64,000 nt of DNA, taken from IMG/VR virus record IMGVR_UViG_3300034072_001093, positions 1-64,000 of that record; one strand, given 5' to 3'. A model generated the notes under the pieces. The model ran no database searches. It had not been told where the DNA came from and was given only the letters and a program-made list of their open reading frames with translations. The stretch's first letter is position 1. Each line of letters begins with the position of its first letter. Position numbers and translations under genes: made by a program. Of this stretch, positions 57,562 to 64,000 are shown one piece after another. This DNA comes from a virus.

Positions 57562-57741
57562 TCAGTCTTTCTTCAGAGCTCTGGCGTTCTGCCGGTAGGC
57601 GAGCTTGTTGATCAGGGCTTGCTTGGCCTGCTCATATTCACGCTCGATCGCGGGTTGGTCCTCAGGCATCTGAGCACCCCGCATTTCATGGGCTCGAACC
57701 GCATTCTCGAAGCGGTTGAGGGCGGCTTTGTATCCGGCCAT
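57562..57741 (-). CDS. Hypothetical protein
   Basis: Abuts the upstream ORF, helical sequence. Confidence 0.5.
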   Translation of the reverse strand: MAGYKAALNRFENAVRAHEMRGAQMPEDQPAIEREYEQAKQALINKLAYRQNARALKKD

Positions 57742-58019
57742 CAGTCCATCCTCATGTTCTGTTTGGGCTCCCAATACTCGTCAGGCTCGCCTGTCGAGTA
57801 GGTCGCCTGCACAATGTCCCGGTGATAGTGGGCGACACGCATTGTCGCTGCACGCAGGGACCCGTCCTGGTCTCGCTTTCCCATCCACAGGTGGATGGCA
57901 CAGCCATCAGGGCCGACAAGGTCAGTGCGATATGGCACCGGATCTTTGTGGCCGGGGACGTAGATGAGACCTTCGGCTTTCTGGCCAGGGTTCGGGATGC
58001 GTCTAGGCGTTCGGCTCAT
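57741..58019 (-). CDS. Hypothetical protein
   Basis: AAGGA SD, operon context. Confidence 0.55.
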   Translation of the reverse strand: MSRTPRRIPNPGQKAEGLIYVPGHKDPVPYRTDLVGPDGCAIHLWMGKRDQDGSLRAATMRVAHYHRDIVQATYSTGEPDEYWEPKQNMRMD

Positions 58020-58350
58020 GGGAAATCCTTTCGCTCGGGAGGTGCAGCGTCAGCATGACAACCTCCATGTCTTCGGCTCGGCGGTGCTTCTGCTTGGTGG
58101 TCCAGACGTCACCGTATTCGTCGCCATAGAACTTGCCCTGGAGCCAGGCATTGAGGAGGTTCTGGGCTGCCGATCGGGTGGCATAGGTCCGGATCAGCAT
58201 GTCCCTTTCGTAGCCCTTGGGCCAGCTGTCGGGATCGCTGAAGTCCACTGGTTCGAGGTGGGAACCCCCTCTCCCATCCCGGCGCTGAGGCCGGGGCAGG
58301 TATTTCTGCGTGCCTTTCACACGCACAGCATATTGGATGAGCTGGGTCAT
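58003..58350 (-). CDS. Hypothetical protein
   Basis: Operon context and codon usage. Confidence 0.6.
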   Translation of the reverse strand: MTQLIQYAVRVKGTQKYLPRPQRRDGRGGSHLEPVDFSDPDSWPKGYERDMLIRTYATRSAAQNLLNAWLQGKFYGDEYGDVWTTKQKHRRAEDMEVVMLTLHLPSERISHEPNA

Positions 58351-58353
58351 AGC

Positions 58354-58581
58354 TCACCAGTCCTGGTCTTCGACACGCTCTCCGATGTGGAGAATGCCGT
58401 TGGAGAGGTTAGCGTCGTGATAGACCTTTAGGGGTGGTTCCTCCCCATCATCGACGGCGAAGAGCTCTTCGATTTCGAAATACGGGAGCATCTCGTGGAG
58501 ATTTCTGTTCTGGTCGTAGATCAGAGCCATGGGGACGCTATTCCCGTTGGTCATCAGCGGGCGTTGGATCTTGACGATCAT
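58354..58581 (-). CDS. Hypothetical protein
   Basis: MIVKIQRPL...ALIYD...VEDQDW, with an ATGA overlap. Confidence 0.6.
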   Translation of the reverse strand: MIVKIQRPLMTNGNSVPMALIYDQNRNLHEMLPYFEIEELFAVDDGEEPPLKVYHDANLSNGILHIGERVEDQDW

Positions 58582-58742
58582 GTGAGATGCCCCTTGTCGG
58601 TTGTTTTCTTGATCAGACCCCAAAGAGTGTATTCTTCGTCCTCAGTGAGATCCCAATTTTCAGCCCCCATTTCCCTCTGCACCTCATCAGTGTGGATGAG
58701 GCGGATGAGTGCTTTGACTTCTTCTTTGGTCAGTTCGATCAC
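58578..58742 (-). CDS. Small hypothetical protein
   Basis: GTGA overlap with the RNAP1 stop and a GGAG SD. Confidence 0.5.
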   Translation of the reverse strand: MIELTKEEVKALIRLIHTDEVQREMGAENWDLTEDEEYTLWGLIKKTTDKGHLT

Positions 58743-59620
58743 ACAAGATGCTCCTTGTCGGCAAGCTGGACGACTGCCTTGTTCCACTCGGTCCCCTGGT
58801 AGTTGACATGGTAGCCCATGCAGTAGGTCCGGCCCCGCTTGTCGTAGCGGTGGGTGACGTGGTGGACGTTGGCGATCGAGGTCAGCTGGGCCATGACGTC
58901 CCGAGCTGCCTGGTCGTATTTCTGGAAGGCACGCTGGCGTTTCTCGAAGTCCTTCTTCGTCTCGCCCTCCTTCTGCCGATCGAGGTCTGACCAGCTGTTC
59001 TGAACCATCTCCGCGGTCTCCATTTTGATGGCGAAGCGGATGGCGTTCATGCGGTTGATGTGGTCGAGGCAGAGGTCATCCTCTCCCGGATTCTGGTTCA
59101 GCATGACCGAGCCAGAACTCATGAAATAGCCGGTCTCGTTGTTCCGCAAGACAGGCCTGGGAGGCACGACCATAGGCAGAGGGAACTGGTAGCGGTTGAG
59201 CTCCTCCTGAACGTCATCGCTGACCTCGAAGATCACGATGAACTGCCCCAGATTGGGGTTATAGTCGAACAGGTCGACGGCCACACAAAGCATGAGCATG
59301 TCAGCCGTGGCCTGGGCATCGTTGAGGTGCCGGTACATGACGCCGACCATGGTCTTGACGTCAGCGCGCTTGTGGAGAGCGATTTGGACCATGGCATCGA
59401 AGCCGAAGGTCACAGGGATGCCGGCCTCTTCCATCACCCGCACGAAGGGGATGTCGGACTCGATGAACTCCTTCTTGATCCTGGGGATCAGCTGGTTCTT
59501 GTTGAAGAGGATCTCGAGCTGCACCTGGAGAGCATGCAGCTGCTTATCAGTCGTACCGTTTCCGATAGACGTAGGGTTGCCATCGTTGATGGGGTCGTTG
59601 GAAGCGAGAGCGTTGGTCAT
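58739..59620 (-). CDS. RNA polymerase II subunit 1 (N4 gp15-like)
   Basis: QFPLPMVVPP and THRYDKRGRTYCMGYHVNYQG (DxRGR motif). Confidence 0.93.
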   Translation of the reverse strand: MTNALASNDPINDGNPTSIGNGTTDKQLHALQVQLEILFNKNQLIPRIKKEFIESDIPFVRVMEEAGIPVTFGFDAMVQIALHKRADVKTMVGVMYRHLNDAQATADMLMLCVAVDLFDYNPNLGQFIVIFEVSDDVQEELNRYQFPLPMVVPPRPVLRNNETGYFMSSGSVMLNQNPGEDDLCLDHINRMNAIRFAIKMETAEMVQNSWSDLDRQKEGETKKDFEKRQRAFQKYDQAARDVMAQLTSIANVHHVTHRYDKRGRTYCMGYHVNYQGTEWNKAVVQLADKEHLV

Positions 59621-59825
59621 GGTCTGGGTCTTCCTTGGTTCCGGTCATCATCCGGTAGGTGTTGAGCATGTCGTTGATGCGATTGTGGGCATTCTCATGG
59701 CCGATACGCTGGACGATTTCCTCGTAGAGCCTGGCAGTGAGCTCGAGATTCTCAGCTGTGAATGCGGGAGAGTGGATCTCCATGACGTATTCGCCGATGA
59801 GATCTTCGATCGGCTTTTTGGACAT
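59547..59825 (-). CDS. Hypothetical protein overlapping the RNAP1 5' end
   Basis: AAGGAA SD before ATG 59825. The 74-bp overlap makes the 3' end uncertain. Confidence 0.5.
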   Translation of the reverse strand: MSKKPIEDLIGEYVMEIHSPAFTAENLELTARLYEEIVQRIGHENAHNRINDMLNTYRMMTGTKEDPDHDQRSRFQRPHQRWQPYVYRKRYD

Positions 59826-59950
59826 AGGGGTTCCTTTGTGGGAGAGCCAAAAAACAAAAACCAACCCTGACGAACGAGACAGCCAATGGCGGCAGCCTCG
59901 CCCGTCAGGGCGATCACGCGAGAAACCTTTCCTCTGGAAAGGTTTCGAGA

Positions 59951-60385
59951 TCAGCAGATCTGGGCTTCCCAGCGATCGGCCAGGTCCTTGTTGACCTGGG
60001 CCTTGGCTTTGCTCTCGGGTGTGCCATTGGCTTCGTGCTGGGACTGGTAGAAGCGGAACTTCTCAGCAGTTTCCATGGCGAATGCGAGAGGCACGAGGAT
60101 GAAGCCAACAGGCGGTTCCTGGTCGGCTATCTTGACCTCTTCGCGTAGCTCGGCACGATCGCTTGCCCATTTTTTATAGCTTTGCTTCGGGCCTGGGTCG
60201 AACATCTCGTTGATCTCGTTGGTGCTGAGCTTCATGCGGTTCCCGAAGTCGGTCTCCACGAGGTAGAGCTTCTGGTTGTCCTTGGCCAGGTGAGCCTTCA
60301 TGCTCACGGAGCTGGGCTGGATCTCCTTGATGACGATAGCGTTGCCGGTCCGGCGACCGTCCTTGGTGAAGAGAATGCGGCTCAT
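59951..60385 (-). CDS. Hypothetical protein
   Basis: LFTKDGRRTGNA...VETDFGN, with an ATGA overlap. Confidence 0.65.
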   Translation of the reverse strand: MSRILFTKDGRRTGNAIVIKEIQPSSVSMKAHLAKDNQKLYLVETDFGNRMKLSTNEINEMFDPGPKQSYKKWASDRAELREEVKIADQEPPVGFILVPLAFAMETAEKFRFYQSQHEANGTPESKAKAQVNKDLADRWEAQIC

Positions 60386-60636
60386 GCTGTTGCTCCCCAT
60401 TTGAAGCGCTTCACGATGTCGGAGAAGCCCTCGACCGACGGTGCGATGGTCCCCTGGTGATCCGCTGCAGTGTAGCGAATGCCCTTGGGTGCCTTGGAGT
60501 GGCCGGTCTGGTTGACCGAGGCCCGGATGGTCTGGACGACATCCTTGCCCTTGGCACCAGGGCGTAGGGGACCATCCCAGGTGGTGAGTTCGAGGACGAT
60601 TTCATCGCCCTCTTTGCGGAGGAATTTGATGCTCAT
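60382..60636 (-). CDS. Hypothetical protein
   Basis: Translational coupling on both sides. Confidence 0.6.
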   Translation of the reverse strand: MSIKFLRKEGDEIVLELTTWDGPLRPGAKGKDVVQTIRASVNQTGHSKAPKGIRYTAADHQGTIAPSVEGFSDIVKRFKWGATA

Positions 60637-61187
60637 GCTGCCTGCCTTTCGATGGTGTCGGGCTGCTTGTCGGTCGTCAGGATGAAATCGCTGAGAGCGA
60701 GGATGTCCTCAGGGATACCCACGTCGAAGACAGGGATGCCCCAGAGGCTGGCGATGTTGAGAGCGTGTTTGGTTCCACCCGTGTAATAGGCACGGGGCAG
60801 CCAGGTGATCACGCATTTCACCGGGTCATCGAGGTTCTCGCCCAGAATGATGGGCACGTTCCTGCAGAGGAGCATCTTGGCTCCATCGGAGCATCTGTCC
60901 CAGGCAGGATGGGCCTGTTGTGCGATCTCGATCTGGCGTGGTGTGACCGGCAGCTTGGCGAAGCATCGACCATCGCTGGAGGCTCCGTTGTAGCGTTCCC
61001 AGGGCAGGAAGATCTGTTTCTGGTCCTTGGCTCCGATCTCGAAGGCCTGGTCTGCTCCGACAGCTCGGCCCGATCGGAGCATCCAGCCTCGCTTGTAGAG
61101 CTCGTCGGCGATGGCAGTCATGGTGGCCTGAGCATAATCAGGCGTGCTCCGCGGGCCGATGCCCGCGTAGGTCAATTGTCTGGTCAT
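60633..61187 (-). CDS. SLOG/DprA-like nucleotide-binding protein
   Basis: YAGIGPRxTP, LRSGRAxGADxAFE and GGT...A...IPVF. Confidence 0.8.
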   Translation of the reverse strand: MTRQLTYAGIGPRSTPDYAQATMTAIADELYKRGWMLRSGRAVGADQAFEIGAKDQKQIFLPWERYNGASSDGRCFAKLPVTPRQIEIAQQAHPAWDRCSDGAKMLLCRNVPIILGENLDDPVKCVITWLPRAYYTGGTKHALNIASLWGIPVFDVGIPEDILALSDFILTTDKQPDTIERQAA

Positions 61188-61276
61188 GTGGGTCTCTGGG
61201 TTTTTGGTAGGAGGAAAACAGAGCGAGCAACCAGGTTTGGTCCCCTGGTTACCCGCTCAAACGAAGCGAAGCGACG

Positions 61277-61660
61277 TTAGCTGGTTGGGCAGACAACAGC
61301 GAAGAGAGCTTCGCCTGCGCTATCCGGAATTACGGGCTCCCATCCGGTATTGAGAGGTCCTGATTTTCTGTTCCCATCTGCTGATGTGAGGACCATGAAG
61401 GAGCTCTTAGTCATGCGCCTAGAGCAGTCCACCTCTTCAAACACCAGCTTCTCTTCACGAGTCCTGGAGTTTGTCATTTTCAGCCAGTAGGTCGGCAGAG
61501 ATTTGGTGGCCATTGCCTTTCGGATGTCCGAAGCCTTCAAGAAGAAGGTGTTTCCCTCGCGAGAAACTATCACCTCCACCCACCGGTCATCAGTTTGTGC
61601 CAATGCTGGGACGGAGGATAATGCCCCCAATATGGAGGCAATGAGCACAAGCTTCTTCAT
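61277..61660 (-). CDS. Secreted/periplasmic protein with signal peptide
   Basis: MKKLVLIASILGALSSVPALA|Q, two Cys, WxxVIPDS, and atypical codon usage. Confidence 0.75.
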   Translation of the reverse strand: MKKLVLIASILGALSSVPALAQTDDRWVEVIVSREGNTFFLKASDIRKAMATKSLPTYWLKMTNSRTREEKLVFEEVDCSRRMTKSSFMVLTSADGNRKSGPLNTGWEPVIPDSAGEALFAVVCPTS

Positions 61661-61678
61661 GGTGTTGGTCTTCCTGGT

Positions 61679-62005
61679 TCAGGTGTCTTCGCGGTATCCG
61701 CGATTCATCCAAGGTTGGGGCTGAATTTGCCGAAGCCAATCAGCTACGTCAGGAATACGATTGTGGCAATCCTGTCTGACGTGCATCTCGGCGACGAGTC
61801 TGGTCGGTGCTCCATTGGGGAGCACGATGCCGAACTTACGCTCGGCCTCGTATATCCCATGTGAGTGGTGCCTGAGTGCCCGGTGACGAAAGTCACCGAA
61901 CAGCTCTTTGGTGGCATCAAACCAGCTGTGCAGCTCGAAATAGTCTTCGGGCTTGCCGCCGAACCTGCGAGCAGAGGATTCAGCATGGTAGAGCATGTGG
62001 CTCAT
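61679..62005 (-). CDS. DUF6915-like His-rich protein
   Basis: HAESSARRFGGKPEDY..LHxWFD..K....FRHRALRHH..GI...E...R..AE.HV..D. Confidence 0.75.
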   Translation of the reverse strand: MSHMLYHAESSARRFGGKPEDYFELHSWFDATKELFGDFRHRALRHHSHGIYEAERKFGIVLPNGAPTRLVAEMHVRQDCHNRIPDVADWLRQIQPQPWMNRGYREDT

Positions 62006-62007
62006 GA

Positions 62008-62433
62008 TCAGGCGACTCCCTCTTCGGTGTGGGCGTTCTCGCTCATTGTGGTGTTGACGTCGATCGAGCACTCGAAGGTGTATGGTACGGTCGAGACGTT
62101 GAACTCCATGTGCCCCTGGCCGCCGTCGTTGTTATACCAGTCGACGCCGGTGCCAGAGAGGTAGTCATAGGCGAAATCCTCGATCTCCTGGAGCAAGGGA
62201 TCGGCTTTGATCTGAGCGTAGAAATTACAGTCTTCGTCGACATCAATGTTGTCGATCGATCCGCTATCGCCACCGCCACTGAAGGCGATGTAAACGGTTT
62301 TCCAGCCCCTCTCAGCTATCTTGTTAGCAAGTTCTCGGCGTTTGGCATTGGCCTTGAGCTTGGTGAGCTTCCGCTCGTTTTCCATGTTGAGGAGGATTTC
62401 AGCGACGTTGGTCGAGGGAGCATTCATGGTCAT
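62008..62433 (-). CDS. DUF6878-like protein
   Basis: FSGGGDSGSI and WYNNDGGQG motifs. Adjacent to the DUF6915-like gene. Confidence 0.7.
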   Translation of the reverse strand: MTMNAPSTNVAEILLNMENERKLTKLKANAKRRELANKIAERGWKTVYIAFSGGGDSGSIDNIDVDEDCNFYAQIKADPLLQEIEDFAYDYLSGTGVDWYNNDGGQGHMEFNVSTVPYTFECSIDVNTTMSENAHTEEGVA

Positions 62434-62466
62434 TTCCTTGGTTCTGGGTTTTGGAAGTTGGTCGGC

Positions 62467-62628
62467 TCAGTCCTTGTAGCCCCGATATCGTGTGGGATAG
62501 CGGTAGACCATCCCGGCGATGAGGAAGGAGCCGTTATCGAGCTTCTTGAACATGCGGAACACTAGGCGAGTGCCACGACGCTTGGGCAGGAAACGGGTCA
62601 GGGTAATCTTGGGAATGATGATCTGCAT
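62467..62628 (-). CDS. Small basic hypothetical protein (53 aa, not in ORF track)
   Basis: MQIIIPKITLTRFLPKRRG...RGYKD, preceded by a double AACCCAGA leader. Confidence 0.55.
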   Translation of the reverse strand: MQIIIPKITLTRFLPKRRGTRLVFRMFKKLDNGSFLIAGMVYRYPTRYRGYKD

Positions 62629-62649
62629 TGGTCTGGGTTCTTTCTGGGT

Positions 62650-62826
62650 TTAGATGCTGGTCAGCATCCAGTGGACTTGCTCCGCCTCGACGAGAGCTTT
62701 GATGGTGGCCTTGCGGCCGAACCGTCGGTTCATCTGGGCGACGTACCGATCGGATTTGTCGTTCTTGTGCCGGAGCACATGCTTGATCGCGAGCTCTTCA
62801 ATTGTCGGTGGTGGCTTACGCGGCAT
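62650..62826 (-). CDS. Small hypothetical protein (58 aa, not in ORF track)
   Basis: MPRKPPPTIEELAIK...WMLTSI. Overlaps the upstream stop. Confidence 0.55.
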   Translation of the reverse strand: MPRKPPPTIEELAIKHVLRHKNDKSDRYVAQMNRRFGRKATIKALVEAEQVHWMLTSI

Positions 62827-63232
62827 CAGCTCTGGCCTCGATCGTTTTGTTGAGGGCCTTCAGCCCTTCGAGGTAGAGGCTGATCTCACGATGGATAGCC
62901 GGTGCCTTGTTCGGCAGATCGGCCAGTCCAGTGCCTACGCCATCCTCGGGCCAGACGACTGTCTTGCCGGCGATCAGGCAGAGCGTGAGGTAATTGAAGA
63001 TCTCCAGGTAATGGAGCCTGAAGCGCTTGAGGTCGGCATCGTTCATGAACGATTCCGGATCGTTGTTCGGTGCTCGCTTGGTGATGATGCCGACGGCATT
63101 GGGCTCACCGCGGCACTCTTTTGCCTGGCCACGGAGGCCGAAGCGAAGGGCATTGTCGCCGAAGATATAGACGGATTCCGGGTTGTTCCGGAGGTCTTCA
63201 CGGGTGATCCATTTCTGGAAGATGAGAGGCAT
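62816..63232 (-). CDS. Conserved phage protein, possibly macrodomain-like
   Basis: YIFGDN..R.G..GQA...RGEPNA.GI.TK and PEDGVGTGLA. AAGGAG SD. Confidence 0.6.
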   Translation of the reverse strand: MPLIFQKWITREDLRNNPESVYIFGDNALRFGLRGQAKECRGEPNAVGIITKRAPNNDPESFMNDADLKRFRLHYLEIFNYLTLCLIAGKTVVWPEDGVGTGLADLPNKAPAIHREISLYLEGLKALNKTIEARADAA

Positions 63233-63242
63233 GTGTGCTCCT

Positions 63243-63410
63243 TCAGAACATGTAGCTCAGCATGTCGAGCAGCTGAGCAACGGTGAGTTTTTCGAAGCGG
63301 TGTTCCCGCTCTTCGGGATCGGGTGTTTCTGCTGCGATCTGGTCTTTCACCATGTCGAGCAGGTGCCGGAGAGTGCTGGCAGTGTTGGCTGCCACGTCTT
63401 CACGCTGCAT
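63243..63410 (-). CDS. Small early protein (55 aa, not in ORF track)
   Basis: AAGGAA SD. MQREDVAAN...LSYMF. Confidence 0.55.
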   Translation of the reverse strand: MQREDVAANTASTLRHLLDMVKDQIAAETPDPEEREHRFEKLTVAQLLDMLSYMF

Positions 63411-63414
63411 GTGA

Positions 63415-63558
63415 TCAGTTCCTTTGGTCGGTGTCGTTCATGGCTTTGGCCACGATCTGGTCAGCTCGGCGCATGAAGAACCCAGCAAACCAATTGTTCA
63501 TGACGATGAGGCGGCTGAGCTCATTCTGAGCCTGCTCAGGAAGAGGTTTCTGGTTCAT
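63415..63558 (-). CDS. Small early protein (47 aa, not in ORF track)
   Basis: AGGA SD plus ACCCAGA leader. MNQKPLPE...DQRN. Confidence 0.5.
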   Translation of the reverse strand: MNQKPLPEQAQNELSRLIVMNNWFAGFFMRRADQIVAKAMNDTDQRN

Positions 63559-63655
63559 CTCTGGGTCCTGTTAGGTTTCAGGTTGCTTTCGTCGAAAAGC
63601 CCCTGAAAGTTGGAATCTAGGATTTAGGTGTTGGACTATCTCGGCCAGCCACCAA

Positions 63656-63684
63656 GGGGACCCCATGCTTGCGCATGAGGCCCC
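63656..63684 (-). terminator. Hairpin downstream of the gp2-like gene
   Basis: Minus strand GGGGCCTCATGC-GCAA-GCATGGGGTCCCC-TT. Confidence 0.6.
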
Positions 63685-63699
63685 CGATGGAGGCGAGAA

Positions 63700-63999
63700 T
63701 TAAGCAGCGAAGCTGATCGGCGGAGCGAAGGATTCCCCTTCGTCGGCGACGAACTCTTCACGCTCAGCGTGGTGACGCAGACGGATGTCGAGACCACCAT
63801 CACCGTTCGAGATGATCACGGTTTCGCCGGGCTCGAGACGTTCGGCACGAGCGAGCAGCGTGTCACGCAGCACGTTCATGCGCTTACGCAGAGCAGCGAA
63901 CTCGCGGTTGTTCACCTTGGTGTCGGCGTCGGCCATGGTGTCGAGCGGGATGCCGTTGAGCAGCGAAACGAAAGGATATTTCTCGTCGTTCTGCTGATA
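63700..63999 (-). CDS. N4 gp2-like ssDNA-binding RNAPII activator (5'-truncated by window)
   Basis: The frame is open to the window edge. FVSLxxGIPLDTM...N.LRD.L...A..LEPGE pattern of gp2. Confidence 0.75.
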   Translation of the reverse strand, partial: YQQNDEKYPFVSLLNGIPLDTMADADTKVNNREFAALRKRMNVLRDTLLARAERLEPGETVIISNGDGGLDIRLRHHAEREEFVADEGESFAPPISFAA

Positions 64000-64000
64000 G

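Noticed and set aside
59922-59946. Perfect 11-bp hairpin with 3-nt loop as a vRNAP promoter
   Set aside because: The template-strand loop is TCT, not GNA/GNG. More likely an RNA terminator or stabiliser.
63705-63715. CAGC-GAA-GCTG hairpin as a vRNAP promoter
   Set aside because: It lies in gp2 coding sequence and is followed immediately by a terminator-like hairpin.

Overview
The window is about 64 kb of an N4-like podophage genome (Schitoviridae) with high GC. The host is probably alphaproteobacterial, inferred from the tRNA type at the att site and from accessory genes. The + strand (1-31.8 kb) holds the late region: a modular tail fibre (truncated at the window start), a lysis cassette, portal, scaffold-like gp57, major capsid, tail tube, ejection proteins and a 3581-aa virion RNA polymerase. 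The - strand (31.8-64 kb) holds the early and middle regions: gp2-like activator (truncated at the window end), two-subunit RNAPII, MoxR-like AAA/vWA pair, dCMP deaminase, ThyX, rIIA/rIIB, helicase, family A DNA polymerase, primase, Sak4-like ATPase, SSB and RuvC-like resolvase. Four things stand out. (1) A compact lysogeny module sits in a classically lytic, virion-RNAP-dependent family: tyrosine integrase, xis-like gene, and an attP made of the 3' half of a tRNA-Met(CAT) with GTTTACA repeats. No CI-like repressor is visible in the window, but the palindrome ATGT-YR-ACAT occurs in three intergenic promoter regions. (2) Two long, highly structured leader RNAs share an architecture (closing stem, then SD, then a small ORF). 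(3) The motif AACCCAGA precedes many genes on the coding strand, often after a hairpin. (4) A phosphoesterase plus membrane-kinase insert lies inside the lysis cassette. All family assignments come from motif recognition and synteny, not from database searches.
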